DNA from: Octopus vulgaris
Lineage: Eukaryota
Direction of reading: 5' to 3'
Length of the DNA stretch: 64,000 bases
Assembly: GCA_951406725.2 (NCBI GenBank)
Contig: OX597830.1
Coordinates: 6,386,001-6,450,000 of the forward strand
Shown here piece by piece: positions 39,725 to 53,910 of the stretch. Positions within the stretch are counted from its first letter, which is position 1; the number at the start of each line of letters is the position of its first letter. The notes under the pieces are model-generated. The model worked only from the letters and a program-made list of their open reading frames with translations, did not search any database and had not been told where the DNA came from. A program made the translations under genes and the position numbers.

Positions 39725-40110
39725 CATGGAAGCACTCCGTCGGTTACGACGACGAGGGTTCCGGTTGATCCGATCAACGGAACAGCCTGCTCGTGAAATT
39801 AACGTGTAAATGGCTGAGCACTCCACACACACGTGTACCCTTAATTTAGTTCTCAGGGAGATTCAGCGTGACACAGAGAGTGACAAGGCCGGCCCTTTGA
39901 AATACAGGTACAACAGAAACAGGAAGTAAGAGTGAGAGAAAGAGTGGTGAAAGAGTACAGCTGGGATCACCACCATCCCTGCCCGAGCCTCGTGGAGCTT
40001 TTAGGTGTTTTCGCTCAATAAACACTCACAACGCCCGGTCTGGGAATCGAAACCGCGATCCTACGACCGCGAGTCCGCTGCCCTAACCACTGGGCCATTG
40101 CGCCTCCACA
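39725..40110 (-). mobile_element. tRNA-derived SINE (family C-related, young)
   Basis: Sense strand: gtggaggcgcaatggcccagtggttagg (A box)...ggtttcgattccc (B box). Tail shared with 39290-39470 and 40290-40455. Confidence 0.85.
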
Positions 40111-40149
40111 TACGATTACAAAATATTTAGTCAACACCGACGATAAGTG

Positions 40150-40455
40150 TATTTCATCTCTAATAACGTCTGTGAATGCGCATGGTCGTGAGTTCAATTC
40201 CCAGCGAAGCGCTGCGTCCTTGAGCAAGACTCTTTATTACACACTGCTCCAGTCCACTCACCTAGCAAAAATGAGTTGTACCTGTAATTGAAAGGGGGAG
40301 CAGCCTTGTCAGTTTCTGTGTCACACTGTATCTCCCTCAGAACTACGTTAAGAGTAAACAAGTCTGTGGTGTACTCAGCCACTTGCACGTTAATTCTTCG
40401 AGCAAGCTGTTCCGTCGATCGGATCAACTGAAACACTCGCCGTCGGAGTGCCAGC
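40150..40455 (+). mobile_element. SINE family C
   Basis: gagttcaattccc...ccttgagcaagactcttt...ctccagtccactca... Its tail is inverted relative to the neighbouring copies. Confidence 0.75.
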
Positions 40456-40925
40456 CATTTTATATTAATGATTCCGGTGGCCGTCTATGTTGATAATATT
40501 GTCGTTGTTGTTGTTGGTGGTGGTGGTGTTGTTGTTGTTGATTTTGTGCAGTCATCGCCGCAAAAGGTGCTTTTGGTTTCGTCATTGTGTCACTGATTCT
40601 GTGGTTTTAAGTGTTGTTGTGCTTTGATGATGATGACTGTCTTTGGTAGATATTCCCATTTAACCCCGAGCTAGAAAGGGCTGCACTAGGACTAAGATCA
40701 GGTTTGTTTTCTTTTTTGTTTTTGTTTTCTCATTTTGTGTTTTTTTTTTTTTTTGTTCCTGGACATCTTGTGTCTAAGACGACATAGCCTTACCACACAC
40801 ACACACGCACACAACCATGATCACTGCAACCACCAAAGCAACCATCACCACTACCACCGCCGCCATCACCTCCATCACCACCGCTACTACCACCACCATC
40901 ACTACCACCTTACTATAACTACTGT

Positions 40926-40978
<53 letters not shown>

Positions 40979-41303
40979 ACTGCTACTGCCCGATATTTTA
41001 TTGACTGTAATATTTGTACAAATAGACATAAAATGCAATCAGCTGTAGTCGAGAGTCAGACGGAATCTGAATGAATAAAGGAATGAATAAGAGGGAGAGG
41101 GAGAGAGAGAGAGAGAGGGAGAGAGAGAGAGAGAAGGAGGTTCATGTATGTATAAATATATGTATATATAGATATATGTATATATATGTGTATATATATA
41201 TATATATATGTATGGGTGTATATATATATATTTATATGTATATATGTATATGTGTATATCTATATCTATCTATCTATCTCTATATATATACACAAACACA
41301 CAT

Positions 41304-41375
<72 letters not shown>

Positions 41376-41676
41376 ATGTATGTATGTATATAAAGAGAAT
41401 GAGCGAGAAGCGGAAAGAGAAAGAATCAGAGAGAGCGAGAGAGGGGGAGATCTGTCTAGACACCCTCGGCCCGATAGACAGTTGGCAGAGAGAGAGAGAG
41501 AGAGAGAGGAATAGTTGGAGGAGAGAAGAAAGAGAAAAGATAGGTAATTCGTTGCAGCCAGTAAAAGTGTTCGCCCTGCCCCAAACACACCACACTCTCA
41601 TACAAATTGTTATGTTCGCTGTAAATTTATTACTTTTTTGTAATCATACATAACATAATTACAAAATAGTGATAAT

Positions 41677-41745
<69 letters not shown>

Positions 41746-41952
41746 ATCTTTTTTTCTATTTTGGCCCAAGGCCAGCAACTTCGAAAGGTGGGGAAGTCGA
41801 TTACATTGACCTTGGGGCTCAATTCGAAAACATTAAGAAAAATGATGATGATGATGATATCGGTATCGACAAAAAAAGAATAAAAAAATGCTACAGAAGA
41901 ATTAGAATAAGAGAAAAGACTAAGTTTAATAATAAGATTAGGGGGAACTATA

Positions 41953-42515
<563 letters not shown>

Positions 42516-43443
42516 AATTATTTAAAAGATGATAGTAAAGACTAAGCTCAATGCTAGAAATAAGATGATTATTGTAATTATTCTAATTATGTCAGTTATA
42601 AATTACAGCTTCGATATAATAAACTGGAAGTTGATTTGAAACATTTAAAGAGAAAGAAAGAAATACCGGAAACTACTGTCAGCTCGTCGATGTCACCGCC
42701 CCAAAGTAGACAGAGACAGTATGTACCACTACCACATACAAGGAGAACGTGATCTGATGCGAATAGAAAACTACCACGAAGCGACAAGAGTCGTACTGGA
42801 AAAAAAAAAATTCTTAGAAACATATAATAGAATTGTGATAAATATATTATAATATGGAAACATGAAAAATAACAAGTTTTCATTATGAACAAGGAAGCAT
42901 TAAACTACGAAACAAGCAAAAGTGAAAAAACTCCATCTAATGTGAAATCTAATTTGCACCCGACTGAGTGCCCTCGGGGTGCTCAAGCGTTATATCTAAA
43001 ATGCCGGTATGAGTCTAAATTCTTCAAATACATGTCACTAGACACTTTGAGTTATTTCTGATTTTTGTTTAAACTGGGCAAATTACTTAGGTCATTACTG
43101 TTTCCTGGTCTCTGGCTACTGGAGCTAAGGTTGGACTGTCGGGATGCTGCTGATGGTTACTAAACTAGAAACGCATAACCACGACTATCCTCTTAACCCT
43201 TATACGTTAAGCGAGTCCCGTCTGTCAATTTTTGGAAAATACCAGAATTTTGAGATTATCTCCCCTTTTCAAGCGAAGCGGATTATAATTACCATTTGAT
43301 ACGTACGAAACATCTTCTACTGGCGACAGGGGTCTCAATAAATCAAGAATTTTTGTTGTAAGATATTTGACATCCCTGTATTTGTCTATATTATTGGAAT
43401 AATATGCCACAGGTCACTTCGAATTTTTCCTCTTCGCTCAGTT

Positions 43444-43480
<37 letters not shown>

Positions 43481-43530
43481 CAAAAACTGTCTGATGAACG
43501 GCAACGAGAAACTCAGAGTAACAGATTTTG
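43481..43530 (+). ncRNA. Minimal type I hammerhead ribozyme motif
   Basis: caaaa-a-ctgt CTGATGA a cg-GCAA-cg a GAAA ctcagag TA acag-a-ttttg. Intact core, GUA triplet, extended stem I. Confidence 0.75.
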
Positions 43531-43556
43531 TTGAATTTCCTGCTGCTTAAAATAAA

Positions 43557-43675
<119 letters not shown>

Positions 43676-43782
43676 TGTATGTATGTATATGTATATGTAT
43701 ATGTATAAAAGGAAAAATCAAAAACGCGAGTACGTGGTACAAGTACTGTATTATCAGACTCTCAGAATAGGAAGGAAAGAGG

Positions 43783-43817
43783 ATTTAACGTTTCGAGCCA
43801 AGCTATTCTTCAGAAAT
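43783..43817 (-). ncRNA. Minimal type I hammerhead ribozyme motif
   Basis: attt CTGAAGA at agc-ttg-gct c GAAA cg TT aaat, with palindromic AACGTT stem III. Confidence 0.65.
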
Positions 43818-43913
43818 AGAGATAAGTCCTCGCGTTATTGTTTGGTCTTATTTGTTCTTTGTTTGGATTCAGTATATACCGCACGCTCACACAGCCTTCT
43901 GACTGACTTTGGA

Positions 43914-43977
<64 letters not shown>

Positions 43978-44139
43978 CTGTTTGTTCTTCCTACTTGTGC
44001 AGAGTCGCTCAAACTTTTACAAGGAGCGGGTTAGACCGGAGTAAACACATAAATGTGAAACAAGGTGGAAAAAAGAGTACTCAAATACCAGTGGTAGAGT
44101 AATATGCTTTATTTTAAGCAGCAGAAAATTCAACAAAAT

Positions 44140-44177
44140 CTGTTACTCTGAGTTTCTCGTTGCCGTTCATCAGACAG
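44140..44177 (-). ncRNA. Hammerhead motif, left arm of the palindrome
   Basis: ctgt CTGATGA acggcaacga GAAA ctcagag TA acag. Confidence 0.75.
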
Positions 44178-44215
44178 TTGTCTGATGAACGGCAACGAGA
44201 AACTCAGAGTAACAG
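44178..44215 (+). ncRNA. Hammerhead motif, right arm of the palindrome
   Basis: ttgt CTGATGA acggcaacga GAAA ctcagag TA acag. Confidence 0.7.
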
Positions 44216-44318
44216 ATTTTGTTGAATTTTCTGCTGCTTAAAATAAAGCATATTACTCTACCACTGGTATTTGAGTACTCTTTTTCCACCTTGTTTCACA
44301 TTTATGTGTTTACTCCGG

Positions 44319-44376
<58 letters not shown>

Positions 44377-44469
44377 TACATATATATATAGATATAGGTA
44401 TATATATACATATATATATACATATATATATATACATACACATATATACATACATATATATACATATAT

Positions 44470-44526
<57 letters not shown>

Positions 44527-44792
44527 CATACGGCAAATGAGAAAGTGGAGAGGATACAAAATCGACAAACATCAGCCGGTAAACATTCTAGTATGTCTAT
44601 TTATTCCAATGTATTAGATGAATACATACACATGTTTTAGTGGTACTGATTATCAAATAGAAAGAGTTGGTGATTGCAAAAACAAGGGTGTGAAAGCATA
44701 TAATCAACAGGAGCAGGTGATTAATTGAGCAAATGAGCAAATGAGAAAACGAACAAATTGTCAGTAAAACCGAATGTTTATGTAGGTGCTAG

Positions 44793-44897
44793 TTCCTTAC
44801 GGCCGTTTCTGCCAAGAGGCAACGAAATCTTCCAGGTTATCTCCTTGAGCAGGTAAGACTTGGATAAGGAATGTGCCTCTAGGCTTCTTCAGGGGGT
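44793..44897 (-). ncRNA. Hammerhead motif with long stem II
   Basis: CTGAAGA a gcc-t-agaggca...tgcctct-t-ggc a GAAA cggccg TA agga. Palindromic stem III; stem I is degenerate (cccc/agga). Confidence 0.55.
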
Positions 44898-47160
44898 TCT
44901 ACGTAGTTGGGAAGGCTAACACATATAAAAAAAAACAGTTAATAACAGCTACAGTGCATTTGTCTTTTTAAAATAGAGTAGAAAAAGAATAGGAGTAAGA
45001 ATAAGAACAATCATGGGGGTGTACGTGAAGTACACCTTAGTATAATGATTTGGGTTATAGCAAGGGGGAATAAGATACAGACTTCCTGTGGTGTTATATA
45101 TATATGTTCATGGAGTACAACCATTAATATAGCAGAGCCACTTGAGAAATAACATTGTTTTAAATATTCACAGAGCAGTTTTGTCTTCGATCTACAATGC
45201 TTGAGATCAATTGTACAGAGTGGCTCAAAACTAGGTTTACAGTTATCACGTAGGCACTTTAAATTTCTTTTTAAATATTTTATTACATTTAAGTTTCTAT
45301 CTTGTAAACCGAGAACGGAGCTTGACAAAATTAACTAAATTAGCATAGAATAATAGTTTCATATTTTTTTATAATTAAGATCTAAATATGAATGCGAAAG
45401 AGATAATTGAATAACTGTAAATCTACTTTTGAACCACCCTGTATAACAATGGTTCTCTGTGCCCGGTGCACAAGAGAATTTTGGCGACCCCACCTTATTT
45501 AACAGGTTAGCGAGAGAAGACTTTGTACCCATCACCCCTGCACTGGAGGGTGGGACCTCTCCTTCGTAACCACCCTTGTTACATCTCAGCCTTCACAATA
45601 CACATAGCTTACGAAAAACATATCCTTAGATTCATATAGCTCCCACAGTAAAACTATCACAGTGCCGAATTTTGGGAATAACCCTCAGTACTTAATGGGA
45701 AAAGAACCGGTCATCAGGATTTGCCAAAATGAAATGCAAAATCCATTAGAAAAAGACAACCAACGCAAAAATGATCGTTCACAATTGCAATTCTTGCTGA
45801 ATGAAACACAAGAATATTTGCAAAATGTGGGAATTATGAAGGGATAAAAACCATTCAAAACACCAGCCATTTTCCTCTCCCATGAGATATTCTTCCAAAT
45901 CTACGCTAATATAGGTAGTTTTCGAAAATATCGTCAATCGCAGTTTTTTTTTTTTTTTTAATCAGAGATATAGCATTCAGAAGCAGTCATCGATATTTGT
46001 CTATATTTACCAAGTTTAGATAACAAAAAAAAAAAAATTTCTATAATCCTCACAGTACCATGTTCACATTGGCTGAAAATACAATAAACTTTTTCTACAA
46101 AGTAAACCAATACAGAGACAGCAAACTCTTAAAGGCTGATAACAGACTTTGATATACAGAGAACAACAACAACAACAATAGCATATACAAATATATCAAC
46201 ACTGAAGCACAGCGAAACAATACAGCGTTCAAGACAAACAATGAATATCCAGGTTTTTCTGAAAATACCAGACAAAAAACAAAAAAAAAACAGAAATAGC
46301 GACCAATTTTGACAACTCACCCCAAATGTAGACTTATTAACTGTATATATATATTTATACGTATATATGTATATACACAAATACAGGCGGAGTTTATATA
46401 ATCAGTGAACCAATATTAGATAGAATAAACAGAGTCTTGAAGAGAAAAAATAAATAAATCCACGTATTTGAATCAGTGAAACAACGCCGCCGGTGTCGTC
46501 GCCGATGTCGTCGCCGGTGTCGTCGCCGTTGTCGTCGCTGCAAGAGTTATTGCGTTGTTTGAACGGCGTCAAAAACAACGGAAAGATAAAGAGAGATTTA
46601 TTGAATTCAATGTATTACCAGGCAACACGACAAGGGCATAGCAGTACGTGCTCACTTAAACTGCTAGAGATAGCAGCTAAATCTCACTCAAATAAAACAA
46701 ATAATTACTTAGAAACACACACACACACACACAATATATACATTGTCATCTGGTTTCGGATCCTTACAAGCGGTTTCAGGGTTTCAAATGTCTTCGTCTC
46801 ATTCTTATGCCAGACAGGGAGACTAAGAAAATGGTCAGAACTGCTAAAGTTCTTCCTATGAATGATGTACTTCCCCTGTAATAAGCATTGTACGTTCGAG
46901 CGCAGCGCGCAGCACTTTGAGCGTATGACTTGTAACATAGTCTGTCAATAACTAATGGCTTATGGATACAAATTGTTGCATAGAATCTATGGAGAAACCT
47001 GGCAAGCACACATATATAAATATGTATATATATATATATATATATAATAAATATTAGGGAATAAATCCAAATTTACAGGGAAAAAAATCAGATTTAGGAT
47101 TAAATCCAATTGATTAAGTCTTTCCTTATTTGTTTTGCAAAATAGTGGTTTTGTCTCTAA

Positions 47161-47218
<58 letters not shown>

Positions 47219-47219
<1 letters not shown>

Positions 47220-47467
47220 GGGTGAAGACCCCCTTCGGTCATGAATGACCATGGGATTGCACCTAGAAAGTTACCCTCCTAGACACAAGTCCGGGCAAGG
47301 TTGTTTATGGAACACCAGCAGTCGCCCATGCATACCTGCCTCCCCTCTCCACGCCACCTGTGTTATCCAAGGGAAAGACAAAGGTCGATACAGCTTGGCA
47401 CCAGTGACGTCGCAACTCATTTCTACAGCTGAGTGAACTGGAGCAACGTGAAATAAAGTGCTTTGTT

Positions 47468-47468
<1 letters not shown>
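47219..47468 (-). mobile_element. SINE family C, 3' part
   Basis: Nearly identical to 51305-51550. Confidence 0.9.
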
Positions 47469-47539
<71 letters not shown>

Positions 47540-47641
47540 CACACACACATACATACATACATACATACATACATACATACATACATACATACATACATAC
47601 ATACATACATACATACATACATACATACATACATACATACA

Positions 47642-47672
<31 letters not shown>

Positions 47673-47759
47673 GTAACGAAATTACTAAACGGAAACAACC
47701 AACAGGGAAAACGAAACTTGAAGAAAACATCAACAACGTGCCTTTTATTATTTATATAT

Positions 47760-47920
47760 ATGTGACTGGCTTCTTTCAGTTTCCGCCTAACAAATTCACT
47801 CACAAGGCCTTGGTCGGTCCCAAACTATAGTAGAAAACATTTGCTCTAGGTGCGACACGGTGGGACTGAACCCGGAACCTTGTGGCTGTGAAGGAAACTT
47901 CTTTCCACACTCCCATGCCA
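47760..47920 (-). mobile_element. SINE family A, head and core
   Basis: ttctttcagtttccgcct...gtgggactgaacccggaacc. Confidence 0.75.
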
Positions 47921-47949
47921 ATATATATATATCCATACATACCTACATT

Positions 47950-47980
<31 letters not shown>

Positions 47981-48277
47981 ATGAATATATATATATATAT
48001 ATGTAAACTAATAGTAGGTTATTTATGATCAACCCTCTCTCTCTCTCCCCACCACGACCATGTAGCTATTATTTTCAGTGGAGCAGGATATGTTTTGGCT
48101 CATTAATTAGTAGAAGATTCTGGTGAGCGTAAATAGGTAATTACTTGAAATAATCAAGAAAGAAAACAATATAATTGGTAGCATCAATGGAAAGAACAAT
48201 TAAAACACCTTAAAATTATAATTAAAAATAGAATTAAATATAAAATAAAGAAACCGAAGAATATCATAACAACAACA

Positions 48278-48452
48278 ATGGTTTCAAATTTTGGCACAAA
48301 GCCAGCAATTTTGGAGGTGGGGTTATATCGATTAGATCCACCAAAGTGCCTATCTAGTACTTATTTTAACGACCTCCGAAAGGATGAAAGACAAAGGCGA
48401 CCTTTGCGGAATTTGAACTCTAAACCTAGAGATTGATGAAAGGCTGCTAAGC
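48278..48452 (-). mobile_element. SINE family B fragment
   Basis: cgaaaggatgaaagacaaaggcgacc..cggaatttgaactc. Confidence 0.7.
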
Positions 48453-48609
48453 AGCAGCAACAACTGCAGCAGTAGCACTGACACCATCGAAATTTTACAC
48501 CGTCAGCACCAACATCACTGTGTCATCATCATCATCATCTTTGTCATCATCAAAAATAATTATAACAGCATTAGAAAACAAAATGATAACTGCATCAACA
48601 ACGAGAGCC

Positions 48610-48679
<70 letters not shown>

Positions 48680-48694
48680 CAATAACAATAATAA

Positions 48695-51600
48695 CAGACA
48701 GACATAATATTGCCAACAAAAGTGAAATAATCAACGAAAGACAACAAACCCAGACCGTAAGAATGTATAATGATGTGCAAAACGCACCAAACCAGAACAC
48801 CACAGAGAAAAATGTAAACGGGAGGGAATAGGAAACAAATCTAAAACCTGGAAACAGTGAAGATGAACCTAATGATTATGATGCTCTAAAAAATGAGCTG
48901 AAAGCCACAGATCTCAGTATGGACCACCGAGTGTATCTCCCAAAAATTAAAATTGATAATAAGATAGCATCAAATATGAATAGCATGAACCTGGCCGTTA
49001 CAGAACTAATAGCCACAGAAGCAAATGTCAATGTCACCGAGCTAAAAGGCATAGTATATGTGACAGGCACTGTGGCCGCAAAAGAAGCTGGGTACTCCCT
49101 CAGACACATCCAAACAGGAGTACACCACCCAAACAAACCCTGTTGATAAATAATATCCAGAAAAAAATAGAAAACAAGGGAAGAGATCTGTCAATCCTTA
49201 ACGAAACTAGTAGACAATCAACACTACCAAGCAACAAGATAACAGAAATACTGTGTAGATACAAAATTACAGAAAAAAGTTTACCTGAGGTAAAAGCATA
49301 GGTGAAGCAAGAGAAAACTATCCTAATTCGCAAATTCACTGAAACAGCAAACCCACAAAATTACAGAACAATAACTTGTCTCCTTACAATTTACAAAGGC
49401 TTTACTGCAATAATATCTTTCAGAATGAGCAAGCATCTGGACAAATACAACCTGTTTCCAGAAGAGCAGAAATTTTGCAAGGGCTCATACGGTTGCAAAG
49501 ATCAGCTACTGATCAATAAAGCCATAAATGAAGACAGACGCAGAAAGAAGAAGGGTCTAACTATGTCCTGGATCGATTACCGAAGGACTTTTGATAGTAT
49601 TCCCCACACATCGATCCTAGAAACACTAGTCATGAACAAGGTAGCACAAATATTCATAAAATATATAGCACATTCCATGAATAAATAGCAGACAGTGTTA
49701 CAGCACCAGAGAAAAGAGGAACTCATTAAAAACAAAGCCATCCCCATTAAAAGAAGAATATTCCAGGGAGACACATACTCCCTATTCCTTTTCTGCTTGG
49801 TACGGACACCCTTATCTGACATGCTAAACGGAACTGGATGTGGAGACAACTGTTACGGGAAAGCAATCAGCCACTTCTTATATATGGATGAGCTAAAACT
49901 GTATACTACACATGATAAACAGCTGGAAACGTTACTTCAGACAGTACATGGATTTACCAAATAAATAAATATGAAATTTGACTGAGAAAAATGTGCCAAA
50001 GCAACATTGAAAAGAGGAAAACTAACTAAGAGTAACAACATCACACTAGATAAAGCAAATGAAATAAGGGGATTAGACCAAAGCCAGGCATACAAATATT
50101 TAGGAATCAATGAACTTGATACGATACAACATACACAAATGAAAGAGAAAATAAAAAAAAGAATACTATAGACGAGTTAGATTAATACTGAAAACAGAGC
50201 TCAATGCGAAAGACAATATAATAGGAATCAACACTCTAGCTGTCCCAGTTATTAGTTACAGCTACAATATTCTTGACTGGACCCTAAATGAAATTACCAA
50301 AATAGACAGGAAAACAAGAAAAATAATGACAGGATCTAGGATGCACCACCCAAAATCTGACATAGAAACGTTATATATACAACATATAGAAGGTGGTAGC
50401 GGCCTTATATATCTAGACAACTATTACAAAATAACCACCATAGAACAACAAGAACACCTACTTCAGAAGCAAGGAAAACTAATACAAATAGCCGCATCAA
50501 ACGAATAAAAACTGTTTTGTCTTTAAGGAAACTTACAAATACAAAAAAGTAGTCATAGTACCTAATAACTACGAAGAAAATGAAGAAACAAGAAATGCTG
50601 TAAAACAACTGAAGTCGAAACTAAAACTGGAACAACAACGGATCATGATAAAACGATGGCAAGAAAAGCCCCTTCATGGCAAATACTGGACTAAACTAAA
50701 TGCAAAAGAAATAGACAAAGAAAAATCCCAACAATGGTTGTGAAGCTCAGGGCTCAAAGCAGAGACTGAAGGATTTTTAATTTCAGCACAAGACCAAAGC
50801 CTCCCCACAAGAACTTACTGAGAACATATAATGAAACGAAACATAACAAGTGACTGCAGAATATTTGGAGATGGTCAAGAACCAATACACCATATTATCT
50901 CTGGCTGCCCAGTCCTGATTAAAAACGAATATATACACTGACACAACAGAGTTGGGACCTATATATACACTCGAAGCTATGACAACACTATGGAATATCA
51001 ACAGAAAGTAGATGGTATAGGCACACACCAGAATAGGTTACAGAAAAAGAGAAGGTAACCATACTATGGGATATGTCAATACACTCAGGTACAGAAATTA
51101 AGGCCAATATGCCGGATATAGTTGCCAGAGATCATCAAGAAAACAAATGCTTTGTAATCGATGGAGAAACTTTCAAAATACAAAAACCTGGAAATAGAAG
51201 TAACTCGAATGTGGAGTCTGAAAACAGAAACAATTCTCATTATAGTTGGTGCATTAAGTACGATAAAGAAAAACAATACATAAAAACACCAGTACTAACA
51301 AGTAAAGGGTAAAGACCCCTTCGGTCATGAATGACCATGGGATTGCACCTAGAAAGTTACCCTTCTAGACACAAGTCCGGGCAAGGTTGTTTATGGAAGA
51401 CCAGCAGTCGCCCATGCATACCAGCCTCCCCTCTCCACACCACCAGTGTTATCCAAGGGAAAGACAAAGGTCGATACAGCTTGGCACCAGTGACGTCGCA
51501 ACTCATTTCTACAGCTGAGTGAACTGGAGCAACGTGAAATAAAGTGCCTTGCTCAAGAACACAACACGCAGCCCGGTCCGGGATTCGAGCTCACAACCTC

Positions 51601-51755
51601 ACGATCGTAAGCTCCACGCTCTAACCACTGAGCCATGCGCCTTCACTAACAAGTATATATACTAACAAGTATATATAACGTAAAACACTTTCAATACAGT
51701 AAAAATAAGAGCATCACAACAAACCATAGCACATACCCAAGGAACAGAGCTGTTT
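48695..51755 (+). mobile_element. R4/Dong-clade non-LTR retrotransposon (RT, CCHC, restriction-like endonuclease), decayed and internally deleted
   Basis: NPQNYRTITCLLTIYK, WIDYRRTFDSIPH, RIFQGDTYS, HFLYMDELKLY (YMDD site), YKYLGI, HPKSDIETLY..EGGSGL, CRIFGDGQEPIHHIISGCP, KANMPDIV..KCFVID (PD..D). Many stops and frameshifts. Starts after (AAT)n at 48612-48690. Confidence 0.92.
51305..51646 (-). mobile_element. SINE family C, full length, inserted in the R4/Dong element with a TSD
   Basis: Sense strand: gtgaaggcgcatggctcagtggttagagcg (A box)..gagctcgaatccc (B box). actaacaagta is duplicated at 51294-51304 and 51645-51655 (overlapping the SINE end by 2 nt). Confidence 0.92.
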
Positions 51756-52393
51756 ATCACAATACACATCAGTTATTATTCCTATTGAATAAGGAGAACT
51801 CCTGGGCATAGAAAGGGTGGAGATCGGACATATTGATGCACTTCATGGCTTTGTAAATGTTTAAATGTTCTTTGTAATTTGAATAAAAGAAAACTTACAA
51901 AATAAATGTTGTTGTTGTTGTCATCGTCATCGTCGTTGTTGTTGTTGTTGTTGTTTAGGTCCAGGTCAGTCCTGGTGAGGATCGTTCAGGCCGAGAATAT
52001 TCCCATGAATGGCTATGCTTCTGCTTAACATGGATACAAAGCCATATATTTGGTCGGGAAAAAGAGGAGGAGGAGGAGGTGCCAGGCGGTTAAACGGACC
52101 TCAGCATCAAACTGGTATTATAGTTTATTGATTCGGGAAGGCTACAAACCAGAGTCACCTTGGCGGGATTTGAACTCAAAATGTAAAGATCCGGAATACA
52201 TTAGAGCAATGCAAACCATCTGAACTGATTCTTGATAGCCAATCCACCATGGCCATCAAGGACGATATATTCAATTCTCTAATTTACCATTGTTCAGATG
52301 TTATGTTTTCATATTCCAAAACGGTTTTGATGCTGTTTCTAGCAGATCAAGTAAGAACGGAGTCACGGGGTTAGTACCTGAAGATGTGTGTGT

Positions 52394-52443
<50 letters not shown>

Positions 52444-52566
52444 GTGTGTGCGAGTGAGAGCCTGCATGTGTGCGGGTATTCGTGGATTTGAGCGCGTGTA
52501 TGGACATAAGGATGCAAATACAGACATTCATCCAACATTCCATACGTGCCCCCCCCTACACACACA

Positions 52567-52610
<44 letters not shown>

Positions 52611-52654
52611 CACTCCATTGCGCACGCACAGACACGCACACGCACATACAGACA

Positions 52655-52915
52655 CACACATATAGTTATCACGTGATCGACCAGACTATCAGATACGGTT
52701 ATACATCGCGACTCACAGTTCGCTTTGCATTGTTTTCGCATTGGAAAGATGCCACCCCACCCTCTCGGTGAGCAAGTCAACATCTACAGCTGAGTGGATG
52801 GACGGCGACGGGAAATGAAGTGCCTTGCTCAAGAGCACAGCGACCCGTTCCGGCCAGGAATCGAAACCACAACGGTCGGTCCAATGCAACGCCCTAATAT
52901 CTAGGCCACGCGCAG
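52655..52915 (-). mobile_element. SINE family C variant
   Basis: Sense strand: gcgtggcctagatattagggcg..gtttcgattcc..ctcttgagcaaggcactt..ccactcagctgtaga. Confidence 0.7.
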
Positions 52916-52924
52916 GCACACACG

Positions 52925-52976
<52 letters not shown>

Positions 52977-53321
52977 TGCACACATGCACACACACTTATA
53001 CATACATATACACATACATACATCCACATACATATATGTATGCATACATACATACATATATACATACACACATAAACTCATTCTAACATACAACATCCAC
53101 ATACACACACACACACACACACACTCACACACACACTAACACACACTTATACATACACATACACGTACAAACATATATACATACATACATACATGCATGC
53201 ATACATACATGCATACGTACATATATATTTATACATACATACACATATAGATATGGATTTGCGTATGAGTGTGTTTGCGTGTGTGTTTTTGCTCTGTGTG
53301 TGTGTTTGCCTGTATTTGTGC

Positions 53322-53378
<57 letters not shown>

Positions 53379-53689
53379 GAGAGAGAGAGAGAATTCCCAA
53401 GTGAGGTATATCTTTGCTATATAAGGCTTAACGTAGTTTAATAAAAAGCTATCAGGAAAATTCACTCTTACTCATGTCTTTCAAAGTTATCTCCCTTGCT
53501 GCTTAAGGGAGATAACTTTTTCTTGAACTGGAAGACTTACGTTAAGGGTTGTTATCCACGCAAATGAGTTTGCCTTCTAAGTTTCTCTCTTCATACTAGA
53601 AATAGCAGCCAAATCTGCCTTACAACCATCATACCCTATCAGGGTATGTTGAACTCAATTAGAGTGTATTGTGTATTGTGGCAAATAGG

Positions 53690-53910
53690 TTGTTCTTGTA
53701 GTTGGTAGAATCGTTAACACGACTCGCGAAATGCTTTCAGGCATTTCGTCTGTCTTTGTGTTCCGAGTTCGAATTCCGCCGATGTCGATTTTGCTTTTCA
53801 TCTTTTTGGGATCGATAAATTTTGCAGAATTGGTCGCAGCTATTTTTGTCTGTGTTCAAATCTCGTTCAATCTCCAGCTGCAATTCATCTTTCTCGGGGA
53901 TCGATAAAGT
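53690..53910 (+). mobile_element. SINE family B, decayed
   Basis: gttggtagaatcgttaacac..gagttcgaattccgccg..ttttcatctttttgggatcgataaa. Confidence 0.7.

Larger units (their letters stand above)
44035..44319. repeat. Near-perfect 285-bp palindrome (head-to-head Penelope-like pLTR pieces)
   Basis: Arms 44035-44176 and 44179-44319 with a 2-nt loop (gt). The only difference found is A6 vs T5 in a homopolymer. Confidence 0.95.

Noticed and set aside
42610-42753. Possible exon LRYNKLEVDLKHLKRKKEIPETT...
   Set aside because: Weak acceptor without a pyrimidine tract and no recognisable homology.
46489-46538. CpG-rich 12-bp tandem repeat (gccgNtgtcgtc)x4
   Set aside because: Likely derived from a (GTC)n microsatellite, with no supporting coding context.
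51560-51646. Functional tRNA genes (also 28110-28183, 40030-40110)
   Set aside because: A and B boxes are present, but there is no closed acceptor stem and each continues into a SINE body.
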